A DNA stretch of 64,000 bases, from assembly GCA_951406725.2 (NCBI GenBank), contig OX597817.1:161262001-161326000 (forward strand), written 5' to 3'. This stretch comes from Octopus vulgaris (Eukaryota). The translations under genes and the position numbers were made by a program. Under the pieces are notes generated by a model. The model was not told where the DNA came from. It saw only the letters and a list, made by a program, of their open reading frames with translations, and ran no database searches. This document shows positions 1 through 14,180 of this stretch, piece by piece; position 1 is the first letter of the stretch, and each line of letters starts with the position of its first letter.

Positions 1-49
1 ATATATATGCGCGTTTGTGTCTGTGTATATGTATGTATACATGTGTTTG

Positions 50-90
<41 letters not shown>

Positions 91-107
91 ATGTATACAT
101 GTGTTTG

Positions 108-142
<35 letters not shown>

Positions 143-159
143 ATGTATAAATGTGTTTG

Positions 160-196
<37 letters not shown>

Positions 197-252
197 ATGT
201 ATACATCTATATATATATACATATATATATATATATGTATATGTGTATCTAT
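1..252. repeat. Compound (TA)n/(TG)n microsatellite
   Basis: Alternating TA and TG dinucleotide runs; source of the spurious YI/CV ORFs. Confidence 0.95.
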
Positions 253-821
253 GTAGCACCTGGGAATTGAGATGAGTAGGTGGTTTATGTCCTGCCCGAG
301 GAATGGTAGTTGTTGTTTCATGCCAAATTAGTACCTATAACAGTTTTACCAAATCTCTATTAAAATCTCAGCCTCCTCATTAGTATAAAAATTGCTCATA
401 TTGTCGGTGTTAATTCTTGGCATAAACCTCAAATTGAATTGTGATACCTCGCTATTTTAGACAGTAGTTACGATGCCTCTCTGCTTGGTGCTTAAACGAC
501 TGCCAAATTATCTGAGAAACAAATGAGGTGCTTTTGGAGATAAATAAAAGAAGTTATTAGTTTGTAATAGTTAAATATTTATATGTGTTTAATTTGACGG
601 TAGGCTCTCTCTGTATTATCAGTTTTATCAGCACCATAGACACCAGGCCAATAATAGATATGCACTTGTAGCCCTCTGTCTTATGTTTTTTATTCTTTAC
701 TTGTTTCAGTAATTAGACTGATGCCATGCTGGAGCACCACCTTGAAGAATGATAGTTCTTTTTTTATTATATTATATCAAAATTTTAGCCGGTTTCATGA
801 TATAATAATAATAATAATAAT

Positions 822-1272
822 GGTTTCGAATTTTGCCACAAGGCCAGCAATTTCAAGAGAGGGACTAAGTTAATTAAATCGACCCCAGTGTTCAACGGGT
901 ACTTATTTTATTGACCTTCAAAGGATGAAAGGCAAAGTGGGCCTCAGTGGAATTTGAACGCAGAATGTAATGATGGATGGAATGCCACTAAGCACTTTGC
1001 CTGATTGCTTGACACACTAACAAGTCTACCAGTTCACCACCTTTATAATAATAATAATAATGATGGTTTCAAATTTTGCCACAAGGGCAGAAATTTTGGG
1101 GTAGGAAATGAGTCGATTACATCGTTCCCCAGTGTTCAACTGGTACTTATTTTATTAACCGCTAAAGTATGAAAGACAAAGTCAACCTCGGTGGAATTTG
1201 AATTCAGAACATGAAGATAGACAAAATACTGCTAAGTATTTTGCCTGGCTGCTAATTTTGCCTTGCTGCCTT
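822..1272 (-). mobile_element. Two tandem copies of tRNA-derived SINE family A separated by (AAT)n
   Basis: Both match the window consensus (head ...gagttcaaattcc, core gactttgcctttcatcctttcggggtcgataaa..aagtaccag, tail cttgtggcaaaatttgaaacc). Confidence 0.85.
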
Positions 1273-1287
1273 AAATAATACTAATAA

Positions 1288-1632
1288 CGAGCACTCAGAG
1301 ACTGCAAACCTCCGCGAAGGCAAGACCAACGTCCTCTCAATGATTAGCCAGAGATGATTATTAAAAGTGAGAATATCTGAAATAAACTCAACTCCTATTA
1401 CAAACGAGAATACTAAAAATGAACCCGACTGCTCTCAAAACTTAAGTAAAAAAACAGGAAAAATAATCCAGAATCCATGTCTGGTACCGTATTAATCCCA
1501 AAATCTAATGAGTTTGTGCCAATTGTGAGGCCAAGCATCCCTGAAAGTTTCATCTAATCCATTTTGTGGTTCTTGAGATATCTTGTCCATGGACAAACAA
1601 ACAAACACAACTGAAAACAATACCTCCGCCAT
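1288..1632. mobile_element. Interspersed non-autonomous element, probably Helentron/HINE-like
   Basis: Close second copy at 12624-12903; internal (CAAA)n and acctccgc motifs near both ends; class assignment is inference. Confidence 0.6.
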
Positions 1633-1765
1633 TACCTTCTGCAGGAGCCGCGTGGAGCCTAGGTGTTGCACTTATAAACACACACATCGCCCGGTCTGAG
1701 ATTCGAACCCGCGATCCCTCGACCATGAGTTCACTACTCTAACCACTAGGCCATGTGCCTCCACT
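1628..1765 (-). mobile_element. Partial family C SINE (tRNA head plus start of body B1')
   Basis: Matches the head-proximal part of the copies at 44796-45097 and 50373-50647. Confidence 0.8.
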
Positions 1766-2384
1766 GTGTGTGTATGTATGTATGTGTGCACGTGTGTGTA
1801 TGTGTGCATGGGTGTGAATATGCGTGTACATGTGTATGAATGTGTGTATATGTGCATGTGTGTGCATGTGTATCTGTATTTATGCATGTATGTGTGTGTG
1901 TGTGTGCATGTGTATGTGAATATGTGTATGTGTGTGTGTGACTTAACATTGTTTTAAATAGTATTTTGTTCAGACAAAGCCAACATGAAATACAATGAGT
2001 GTGTGTGTGTGTGTGTGTGCATGTGTGTGTGTGTATACATGTGCATACGTGCTGTGTGTGTGACTTTATATTGCTTTCGATGCAATATTTCGTTCTTTGT
2101 TCTGACATACAAAGCCAAAATGAAAGACAATAAAACAAGAAAAGCCAAGAACCTGTTTGGAATTGAACTCTCGTTTCCTTTGTTAATGCCTCAGTTTAAT
2201 TACCACTGTACCAAAAGCACTCTTAACATGTATCGGCTTTCATTTTCATACATTTATACAGTAAATCCTGAGCATGCATATTCATGAATACATTTGATGC
2301 CAGGATATGAACCGTGATAACCCTGGTGGCATGACCATTAATTGAAACTACTCTCCTCCCAGACATACTGACACACTCCCTCAT

Positions 2385-2925
2385 TCTCTTGTTGTTGATG
2401 TTGATGCTTCTTGTTCTTCACTCTTTTTTCTTCTTGTCCTTCCTTTCTTCTTCTTCTTCTTCTTCTTCTTCTTCTTCTTCTTCTTCTTCTTCTTCTTCTT
2501 CTTCTTCTTCTTCACTTTCTTCTTCTTCACTCTCATTGTTGTGTTGGTGTTGTTGTTGTTGTTGTTGTTCTTCTTCTTCTCTTCTGTCTTCTTCACTCTT
2601 GTTGTTGTTCTTCTTCTGTCTTTTTTCTTCACTCTTGTTGTTGTTGTTGTTCTTCTTCTTCTGTCTTTCTTCTTCACTCTTGTTGTTGTTCTTCTTCTGT
2701 CTTTTTTCTTCACTCTTGTTGTTGTTGTTCTTCTTCTTCTTCTGTCTTTCTTCTTCACTCTTGTTGTTGTTGTTGCTCTTCTTCTTCTTCTTCACTTCTT
2801 TTTCTTCACTTCTTGTTCTTCACTCTTGTTCTTGTTGTTGTTCTTCATCTTCTTTTCTTCTTCACTTCTTGTTCTTCACTCTTGTTCTTGTTCTTCTTCA
2901 CTCTTTTTTCTTCTCCTTCTTCTTG
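2385..2925. repeat. Compound (CTT)n/(GTT)n microsatellite with higher-order unit
   Basis: Pure (CTT)n followed by recurring ttcttcactcttgttgttgttcttcttctgtctt. Confidence 0.95.
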
Positions 2926-3208
2926 GATTTGTAAGCATGCCTATGTATGTATAAAGCAATTTGCCATAACTATTGAACCACCAAACCCATTCCTGAATCG
3001 AAACATCGCAGACTAAGTTGTAGATGACGATTATTATGATTATGATTTAAGCTTTGTGTGAAACCATATGGGATATCACGGCTATTACTGAAGGAGAAAA
3101 TCTGAAATATAAGATAAACATTTAAATATTAGATATAAAATTGAGACTGGGCCAAAGAAGAGAGTAGTATGATGGAATATTTCTAACATAATCATCCTTG
3201 TTGTTTAA

Positions 3209-3423
3209 CCCTTTCGTTACTGTATTTATTTTGAGATGCTCTGTGTTTCTTTCAATTATTTTAAATATAACAAAGAATTTAGTAAAATAACTCAGTTATC
3301 ATTAAGCTAGTGTTAGGAATATAAATTGCAACTAGGGTTTGGTGGTATATTTTAATGCAAAACTTATGAAAACAAGACATTTGTACTACAGAGCCGGATT
3401 TGGCCGGGTTGGTAACGAAAGGG
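3209..3423. mobile_element. piggyBac-like MITE
   Basis: TTAA at 3205-3208 and 3424-3427; TIR ccctttcgttac...gtaacgaaaggg; inverted second copy at 59138-59358. Confidence 0.9.
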
Positions 3424-3769
3424 TTAATGTCAACGTTTCCATGCTCAAATGGGTTGGCCAGTCCTGTGGAGGCAGATTTTCTATGGCTGGATGCACTTTC
3501 AGTTGCCAGCCCTCACCTGTTAACAGGTAAGGTAAATATTCTCCCATGACCAGATGTGTTTTCCACAGACTAGAAACAAACAGCATTGCTTTTGTGATAG
3601 TGATACTTGTTTGCAACCATCACATAATGTCAAGACAAGGGTATACACACATACATACATAATCAACATTTGATATCCATCTTCCAAGCTGGCATGGGTT
3701 GGACATATGTATGTATATATATTTATACACACACGCACACATATATAACTGGAAGAAGCCTGTTGTATA

Positions 3770-3856
<87 letters not shown>

Positions 3857-3879
3857 ATTCAAATGGAAATTGTAGTTAA

Positions 3880-4196
3880 GACACCTGTGCCGGTGAAACA
3901 TAAAAGGCACCGTCCAAACGTGGCAGATGCCAGCATCACTTGACTGGTTTCCGTGTCGTAAAAGCACCAACTGATCGTGGCTGTTTACCAGCCTGCTCTG
4001 GCCCCTGTGCCGATGGCATGTAAAAAAACACCTACTACACTCACAGAGTGGTTGGTGTTAGGAAGGGCATCCAGCTGTAGAAACACTGCCAAATCAGACT
4101 AGAGCCTGGTGCAGCCTCCATGGCTTCCAGACCCCGGTTGAACCATCCAACCCATGCTAGCATGGAAAACAGACGTTAAATGATGATGATGATGAT
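3880..4196 (+). mobile_element. Family D retroposon with (GAT)n tail
   Basis: ggttggtgttaggaagggcatccagctgtagaaac...aacccatgctagcatggaaaacagacgttaaatgatgatg, shared with about 10 other loci. Confidence 0.85.
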
Positions 4197-4308
4197 ATAT
4201 ATATATTTATATATATATATATGTAGGTCCCGGGTTGATTCGGGGTTAACCACAGTAAGTAAGGTACTCAATACATAGCAGAGTAAAATTAATTTATTAT
4301 ATAGAAGG

Positions 4309-4359
4309 AGCTTCTACAGGACTAGTACTGTTTCATTCAAGAGAAATCTTCAGGAAGCT
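4309..4359 (-). ncRNA. Type I hammerhead ribozyme motif (Penelope-like element associated)
   Basis: Minus strand: AGCUUC-CUGAAGA-U UUC UCUU GAA U-GAA-ACAG UACUAGUC CUGU-A-GAAGCU; 6-bp stem I, 4-bp stem III, intact core, GUA cleavage triplet; 10.1-11.1 pair is U.U instead of G-C; AATAAA follows downstream. Confidence 0.7.
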
Positions 4360-4669
4360 ATTTAACAAGAATTGTATTAGCATTTATACATTTAGGCAGG
4401 TTTAAAGGAGTGGTGGTGGGGGACTTTTTTGGGGGGTAGGCATAGCGCAAAATATCATACTTGGGGGAGTGGTCAAGGAGTCAGTGGTAAGTTAGATGAA
4501 AGAATAGATAAATAAAAAAATAAATAAATAAGTAAAAAATAAAATAAAAAAAAATAAAAAATAAAAAAATAAAAAATATATATAAAAAATATATATATAA
4601 AAAAATATATATATATAAAAAAAAGGGGGGATAGAGTTATAGGTAAATAAGGAGATTCTCACTTATACC

Positions 4670-4712
4670 TATACACATATGTATACGTATCTACACACAT
4701 ACATATATACAC

Positions 4713-4743
<31 letters not shown>

Positions 4744-5042
4744 CATATATACACACATACATACATATCTACATACACACATACATACACCCGCCCACAT
4801 ATACAAATTTATACACATGCACATGCATATACCTGTCTACACATACACACACGTATATATGCATACACTCACTCCCATGCATGCACGCATACACACATGT
4901 ATATATATACCCACGACCACACATACATATATACACAGAAAAATATATATTCATACGCACATACACTCATGCACACACAACACACCTAGTTCCCTATATA
5001 CACATATTTACACCTATATATACATACACCCACATACACATA

Positions 5043-5084
<42 letters not shown>

Positions 5085-5177
5085 CACGCATACATATATA
5101 TACATGTGTGCACATACATACACATACACATATACATACACATACACATGTGTACCTATACATACCTACACATACAC

Positions 5178-5222
<45 letters not shown>

Positions 5223-5548
5223 CCAATACAGGCCCATTCCCTAATTTTAATTTTATTATCTTCATTTATTACTTTTGTTATCTTTGATCGCTAGAGCTAA
5301 GGATCCTGGCTATGGCAGCATGTCCATTTGTCTGTCTACTAGAAGGCAAGTACTCATTCCTGCACGCACACTCATTAGCACGTACATTCACCCATTCGTA
5401 CACTCATACACATACACGTACGCAGGCGTTATATTCATACATACAAACATCTACATACGTTCACGTATATACACATACGAACTCGTACCTACAGATTCGT
5501 GTCTACACTTTAGGAGGCTAGTCTATACATATACACCAATAAATATAC

Positions 5549-5581
<33 letters not shown>

Positions 5582-5614
5582 TACACACACACACACATAT
5601 ACTCCTACATAGAG

Positions 5615-5687
<73 letters not shown>

Positions 5688-5756
5688 CATACACATACAC
5701 ACACATATATATACACACACATACATACACATATATATACATACACAAACATATAT

Positions 5757-5817
<61 letters not shown>

Positions 5818-6025
5818 CATACACATACACACACATATATATACACACACATACATACACATATATATACATACACAAACATATATACACACATATATAT
5901 ATATATATATATACACACATACACACACATACATACATATACACACAAACACATACATACGTATACATACATACATACATACATACATCCATACTTACAT
6001 GCATTTATACGCATACACACACCCA

Positions 6026-6068
<43 letters not shown>

Positions 6069-6584
6069 TCACACATACATATACAAATATACGCACACAC
6101 ATACATACATACACGTATACACATACACGCACATACACATATACATGCGTACCCATACACGTGCACACACGCACGTGCATCCATATATATACACACACAC
6201 ACATATATACACGTGTGCAAGCATACATACATACTCATACACGCACACATACTTACATATACATATATGCACACACTTACACACATATATACATACACAT
6301 ATACATGCATACATACATATATGCATACATACACATACACGCACATACACATATACATGCGTACCCATACACGTGCACACACGCACGCGCATCCATATAT
6401 ATACACACACACATATATACACGTGTGCAAGCATACATACATACTCATACACGCACACATACTTACATATACATATATGCACACACTTACACACATATAT
6501 ACATACACATATACATGCATACATACATATATGCATACATACACACACGCGCACTCATATATATATATATATATATGTATGTAT

Positions 6585-6615
<31 letters not shown>

Positions 6616-6810
6616 TATACACATACATATATACATATACATACATATACACATATACACATACACACACATACACACATACACATACATACATATATAT
6701 ATATATATACACATATATACACATATACACATACATATATACACACATACATACATATACATACACACACACATACATATATACGTATACACTGATACAC
6801 ATACCCATAC

Positions 6811-6843
<33 letters not shown>

Positions 6844-6933
6844 TATACACATGCATATACTTGTATCTCTACATACTCACATATAAACATATATATATAT
6901 ACACACATATATATATACATGTACATACACATA

Positions 6934-7003
<70 letters not shown>

Positions 7004-7139
7004 TACATATACACATATACATGTATACATACGCAATAATGATACACATATATACACATACACACACACAGACAGATGCATATACATACATATATATATA
7101 AATTACATATCTATATAAATACATACATAATACACATAT

Positions 7140-7196
<57 letters not shown>
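4670..7196. repeat. Long degenerate (CA/TA) microsatellite field with internal duplications
   Basis: About 212-bp tandem duplication (gcgtacccatac at 6147 and 6359); a short unique island at about 5220-5350. Confidence 0.9.
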
Positions 7197-7566
<370 letters not shown>

Positions 7567-7864
7567 CAGGCTTCTTCCAGTTAATAATAACAATAGTAAT
7601 GATAATAATAATTTCAAATTGTGGCATGAGGTCAGAAAATTCGGGGGAAAGGTTATGTCAATTACATTGATCCCAGTGTTCAACTGGTACTTATCTTATC
7701 GACCCTGAAAAGATGAAAGGCAAGGTCGACTCTGGTGGTATTTGAACTCAGAACATATTAATGCCAGTAAGCATGTGTCCGGTGTGGTGATGATTCAGCC
7801 AGCTTATTGCCTTAATAGTAATAAACATAATAATAATGATAATAATAATAATAATAATAATACA

Positions 7865-8284
7865 GTTGAGCATGTCCCTTAGTGGCTGATGACATGTGCA
7901 TCTCTGATCACAAGCAGAAGTAGTAGGGGAGCATCATAGCCATGTGTTGAGAGGGATTCTTTGGAGGTTTGAATAATTCACCTTTGGAAACATGGGTGTT
8001 TCGTTCAACATCCTTAAACAACCCTTATTCAGGGACCTTTTGAGCAGGATGGGTTACTCGACCAGAAGAAAATTCTGACTGGGCCCCACCTGCAAGGGCA
8101 TGTGCTATTTATCTTGATATGAGATCACTATGTCACGCACATATGGTTGTGATGCATGTGCCTAGTGTACCCTTATCAGACGGATAGTCATAATGGGTAT
8201 ACTGGGCTTCGTATATTTGTACCCCAGTGTCATTTTGATGGCATGCACAGCTCTCTCACTCAATAATAATAATAATAATAATAA
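7865..8284 (+). mobile_element. Probable 3' UTR fragment of a non-LTR retrotransposon within (AAT)n
   Basis: About 400-bp complex block bracketed on both sides by (AAT)n; no second copy in the window. Confidence 0.4.
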
Positions 8285-8497
8285 TCCTTTCTACTAAAGA
8301 CACAATGCCTGAAATTTTGGGAGAAGGGACTAGTTGATTACATTGACTCCAGTGTTTCACTGGTACTTATTTTATTAGCCCTGAAAGGATGAAAGGCAAA
8401 GTCGGGCTCGGCGGAGTTTGAACTCAGAACATAAATTCAGAAAGAAGTACCAGTAAGCATTTTGTCTGATGTGGTAATGATTCGGCCAGCTCGCCAC
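8285..8497 (-). mobile_element. Family A SINE
   Basis: Consensus head, core and tail; further copies at about 7612-7812 and 8793-8905. Confidence 0.85.
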
Positions 8498-8499
8498 TG

Positions 8500-8567
8500 T
8501 AATAATAATAATAATAATAATAATAAATAGTAATAATTGTTTCTGACATAGGAATATGGCCAGAAAT

Positions 8568-8599
<32 letters not shown>

Positions 8600-8720
8600 T
8601 TACTACTACTACTACTATTACCACCACCACCACCACTACTACTACGACGACGACTACTACTACTATTACTACCACCACCACTACTACTACTACGACGACG
8701 ACTACTACTACTACTATTAT

Positions 8721-8759
<39 letters not shown>

Positions 8760-8792
8760 GGCTATTGCTGCTGCTGATACTACTACTGCTAC
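8500..8792. repeat. (AAT)n and (CTA)/(CCA)/(CGA) trinucleotide repeats
   Basis: Direct reading. Confidence 0.95.
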
Positions 8793-9532
8793 TACAAGGC
8801 ACAAGGCCAGCAATTTTGATAGGAGGGCGGTTCGTCAATTATATCGACCCCTGTAAGAGTGAAAGACAAAGTCGACCTTAGTGGGATTTGAACTCAGAAC
8901 GTAAAGAACCGAGCAACAACATGACATAGCATTAACCTACTTCAACAAAAGGGTTTCACGTTGGCTGTTCGCTTTGAAATTTTCCGATTGAATCTGAAAG
9001 CTCTCTGCTATGCGTATGTGTAGCTTGTTAATTACGCAGTTAAGTCCAGTGGGACAACCGATATCGGGGGATACGCTAAAGATACAGGAGAGATACAGCT
9101 TTGATAGCTTTGCGGGAGGATTAATATGATGGGGTGTGTGTGGATAGGTTAGGGTAGATGTATTGGTGAGGGTGGATATGGTTGAGTGTTCAAGGAGGGT
9201 GTGTGTATGTTTGTATGTATATATTTATGTAATGTATAAATGTACATATATGTAATGTATAAATATATATAATATATATGTGTGTGTGTGTGTGTAATGT
9301 ATATATGTATAATATATGTAATGTATATATATATATGTATAATATATGTAATGTATATATATATATGTATAATATATGTAATGTATGTATATATATATGT
9401 GTGTGTGTGTAATGTACATATATATATGTATGTATATGTAATGTACATATATATGTATGTATATGTATATGTAATGTACATATATATGTATGTATATGTA
9501 TATGTAATGTACATATATATATGTATATGTAA

Positions 9533-9581
<49 letters not shown>

Positions 9582-9923
9582 TATGTAAATATATATGTAT
9601 GTATATGTCCAACCCATGCTAGCATGGAAAATGGACGTTAAACAATGATGATGATATATGTGTGTGTATAATATGTTATGTAAATGTATATATATATATA
9701 TGTATGTATAATATATGTAATGTATATGTATGTGTATGTATATATATATAATGTGTATGTATATATATATGTGTGTGTGTATGTATATATATATGTGTGT
9801 GTGTGTAATGTATATGTATGTATATATATATATATGAGTGTATGTGTGTGTAATGTATATGTATGTATATATATATATATATGAGTGTGTGTGTGTGTAA
9901 TGTGTATGTATGTATGTGTATAT

Positions 9924-9975
<52 letters not shown>

Positions 9976-10684
9976 CAGAGTTGGTTGCAGGATGTGGACG
10001 GATGGGTAAAGGGTGGATGTAGCAGACTGTTCTTATTGCAAAAGATGGATTTGTTGTTATCAAAAGAAGCCAGTCTGATGCCTTTGCCAGCATCCCAAGA
10101 GGCAATGAGGCTGTGTCGGGGTTCCGTTCCTTAATGCCGTCAGACGGCGGAATGTGGCTAATGATGTTTACAGTGAGCAGCTTATCAACTGTAACAACTA
10201 ACAACAACAACAACACCAACAATTATTACAACTGTTGCAGTGATATTTTAGAAGCAATAACCATAAAATTCTATAACAACTACAACAACAACAACAGCAA
10301 CAACAAAATTTGTATTAACTGGAGCAGTACCAACTGTGGCAATATATATAAAAAAACAAAACAATTATAGCAGCAAAAAACATCAACAACAACAACTGAT
10401 GTAACAGCATCAGTGGTAATAGCAATTCCAATGACAGTAATGAATGGCTGAGTGGTTAAGAAGCTCCCTTCGTGTCCATGGAGTTTCAGGTTCAGTCCCA
10501 CTGTGCAGCACCTCGGGGGAAAAATGTCTTCTGTTATAGGTATAGACCAACCAAAACCCTGTGAATGGATTTGGTTGATGGAAACCTGCTGTATGTTTGT
10601 GTGTGTGTGTGTGTGTGTGTATGTGTGTATGTGTGCATGCGTGTGTGGGTGTGAGTGTTTCTGCGTACCTTGTCTAGATATACT

Positions 10685-10878
10685 CTTTACTCTTTTGTCA
10701 TTTGACTGTGGCCATACTGGAGCACCACCTTTAGTTGAGCAAATCGACCCCAGGACTTATTCTTTGTAAGCCTAGTACTTATTCAATCGGTCTCTTTTGC
10801 TGAACAGCTAAGTTACGGGGACGTAAACACACCAGCATTGGTTGTCAAGCAATGTTGGGGGACAAACACAGACACACA

Positions 10879-10936
<58 letters not shown>

Positions 10937-11110
10937 CATATATACGATGGGCTTCTTTCAGTTTCTGTCTACCAAATCCACTCACAAGGCTTTGGTCTGC
11001 CCGAGTCTATAGTAGAAGACACTTGACCAAGGTGCCATGCAGTGGGACTGAACCCGGGACCATGTAATTGGAAAGCAAGCTTCTTACCACACAGCCACAC
11101 CTGGTGCCTA
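10685..11110 (-). mobile_element. Family B SINE, full length, with internal (CA)n/(TA)n
   Basis: Reverse complement of the 30950-31372 copy; further copies at about 11985-12328 and 13060-13447. Confidence 0.9.
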
Positions 11111-11345
11111 TGCTTGTAAATGTGCATCATCATCATCATCATACAATCCATGTTGTTTGTTTCTAGTCTTGCATGAAGAACATTTCTGGCCCTGGGGAAA
11201 TATTACCTTGCTTGGAAACAGGTGAGGGTTGGTGACAGGCAGAGCATCCAGCTGTGGTAAAATCTGTCTCAACAAATTCTTTCTCAACCATGCAAGTATG
11301 GAAAAGTAAACATTGAATGATGATGATGACGACGACGATGACGAC
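11110..11345 (+). mobile_element. Family D variant (same 3' end, different upstream part)
   Basis: ggtgagggttggtgacaggcagagcatccagctg...ccatgcaagtatggaaaagtaaacattgaatgatg; relatives at about 3430-3640 and 36920-37160. Confidence 0.7.
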
Positions 11346-11682
11346 GACAGTGTGTGTGTGTGTGTGTGTGTGTGTTTTATGTGGTGACTTAGAAATTCCA
11401 GGTTGATGTCCAGTGTCTGGCTAGACTGCTGTAAAACGATTGGGGAGTGAGGCACCCCCTCGGCTTTCTTTAGAGCAACGTCACTTGGAGAAGGCTCCTG
11501 TCATATAAAACCCGGGCAGTGCCATTTGAGGAAGTCATGGTACCCTCTGCACCATTTTCCTTCAATCTCTATTATCAAATCATTTGTGCGTTTAGTTTAA
11601 ACAGTTCAGTGCAGTTCTGCGAGAACCATAATTTGTCTACTAAACTGTTGGATTCTCCATATGGTGAAACAAATGGGAAAGC

Positions 11683-11768
<86 letters not shown>

Positions 11769-12444
11769 TATGTTTGTGTGTCATTCTGCTGTCTACCGCT
11801 AAAATAAAATAGCTATAATGAATATTTAGAATGCCATAGGTGTTACCGTCACAACATCAGTCACACACCATTCAGGAGTGAGGTGTGATTGATGTTCTTG
11901 TGATGAGCTTGTACATGTGTTCTCTATTTACATACAGTTGCTTTCCTCTCTTTCAATGCTGGCTGTTGTAAGGAATTCTTTTAATCTTTTACTTGTTCCA
12001 GTCATTTGACTGCAGCCATGCTGAAGCCCCACCTTGAAAGGTATTTTTTAATCGAACAAATCGACCCCAGGACTTATTTTTTAAGCCTTGTACTTTTTCT
12101 ATCGGTGTCTTGGGCTAAACCGCTAAGTTGCACCAAAACTGGTTGTCAAGACACAAACGCGCATGTGCACACACACACACACATGATGGGCTGCTTTCAG
12201 TTTCTGTCTACCAAATCCACTTACAAGGCTTTGGTCAGCCTGAGGGCTATAGTAAAAGACACCCAGTGCACCATGCAGTGGGACTGAACCTGGAACCATG
12301 TGGTTGTGAAGCAAGCTTCTTACCACACATTGCTAGAATAACATTAATTGAAAACTATCTTCTCTACATATGTAGCTAATTTTTGCCTGTTGAAAGGTTT
12401 TTCTGTGTATTGTTTTCCCCCTTAAGGCATAAGGTCATTAGGTT

Positions 12445-12622
12445 TGACCCTTTAGCATTCAAACTAGTAATATCAGGCCAAAATATTTAATCTGTTTTAT
12501 GTTGAAATTGACCAGATGCGACCTCTCACACTAACCCTACAATGGCATTCGAAAATTAAACAATCACTTCATTGAAATCTTTAAACTACAAGATAATGCA
12601 GAATTAATTCAAAACAACATGA
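12445..12622. mobile_element. Second piggyBac-like MITE family, truncated by a later insertion
   Basis: Starts ttgaccctttagcattcaaac; reverse-complement similarity to 48558-48783. Confidence 0.6.
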
Positions 12623-12623
12623 A

Positions 12624-12903
12624 CAAGAGCACTCAGAGAGTGCAAACCTCTGCCAAGGCAAGACCACGTCCTCTCAACGATTAGCTGGAGATGATTTTTA
12701 AAATGAGAATATCTGAAATAAACTTGACTGCTCTCACAAACAAAAATACTAAAAATGAACCCGACTGTTCTCAAAAATTAAGTAAAAAAAAAAACTGGAA
12801 AAATAATCCAGAATCCTTGTCCGGTACTGGATCGATCCCAAAAACCTAATGAGTTTGTGTTAGTCGTGAGGCCAAACATCCCTGAAAGTTGTATCCGAAT
12901 CCT
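12624..12903. mobile_element. Second copy of the 1288-1632 element (truncated)
   Basis: gagcactcagagagtgcaaacctctgccaaggcaagacc...catccctgaaagtt. Confidence 0.7.
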
Positions 12904-13445
12904 CGGTGGGATTTGAACTCCAAACGTAACGGCAGACGAAATGCCGATAAGCATTTCGCCTGGCGCGCTAACATTTCTGCCAGCTTGCCGCCTCAAGAAA
13001 CAAGCTTCTTATCACACAGCCACATCTGCGATTATATGTGTGTGTGTGTGTACCTTTTATCTTTTACTTTTTCAGTCATTACACTGCGACCATGCTGGGA
13101 CACCACCTTGAAGAACTTTTAGCTAAATGAGCTGACCTGAGTACTTTTTTTTTTAAAGCCAAGTATTTATTCTGTCAGTTTCTTTTGCTGAACTGCTGTA
13201 TTATGGGGATGTAAATAAACCAACACTGGTTATCAAGCAGTGGTGGGTGACAAACCCAGTCACAAAGAATCGTTCATATAGATGTATATGTATGACAGGC
13301 TTCTTTCAATTTCCCTCTACCAGATCCACTCAAAAGGCTTTGATCAGACCAAGGCTATAATAGAAGACACCTGCCCACACAGTGGGACTGAACCCGGAAC
13401 CATGTGGTTGGAAAGTAGATTTCTTAGCACACAGCTATGCCTGTA

Positions 13446-13488
<43 letters not shown>

Positions 13489-13618
13489 GCACACTGTGGT
13501 TGTTATGTTCATGAATGTGATTTGTTTATTGATCGCTTAAGCCAAAAATAGATATTCTATAATGTAAATAAATACTTAGAACTAATAGTCTAAACAAACA
13601 TTTCTGATTGTTATAAAA

Positions 13619-14053
13619 CAGTGCTTCCCAAATTGGGTGGTATTGCCTCCTTGTGGGTGGTGGAAAGTTCCAAGGGGGCGTTGAAGAAAAGTCTGGTGAT
13701 AATGGGGTAGCGATTCATGTAAAAAGTGGGGCAATAATGAGGTAATGATTTGTGTAAAAACAAGAAGATAATAGGTTCATTATTATTTGAAAAAAGGGGA
13801 ATTTCATATCATCATCATCATCAGTTAACATCCGCTTTTCATCCTAGCATGGGTTGGACGATTTTGACTGAGGGCTGGCAACTCCGAAAGGATGAAAGGC
13901 AAAGTCGACCTTGGCGGAATTTGTTAAATACAGTGGCTTTGAATTTGCTTCGGAAAGAGGTCTATGTTTGTGATGGATATTTGTGATGGGGGTGCTAGGA
14001 ATGTGGTCAGGGTGTCAAGGGGGTGGCAACCCAAAAACGTTTGGGAATCACTG
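13619..14053. mobile_element. hAT-type MITE
   Basis: TIR cagtgcttcccaaa...tttgggaatcactg; 8-bp TSD ttataaaa (13611-13618) / tcataaaa (14054-14061). Confidence 0.8.
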
Positions 14054-14180
14054 TCATAAAATATGGTTAGCTTCTTTTTTTATTGCTTTTTTTTTTGTAG
14101 CTTCATATTAAAGAAAATCAGCTGAAACTTCTATATATCTGTGTTTGTGTATATATATAAATATATATAAATATAAATAT

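Noticed and set aside
5275-7118. Long ORFs (506, 295, 301 aa) rich in H/T/Y/I
   Set aside because: Translations of CA/TA microsatellite, open in many frames
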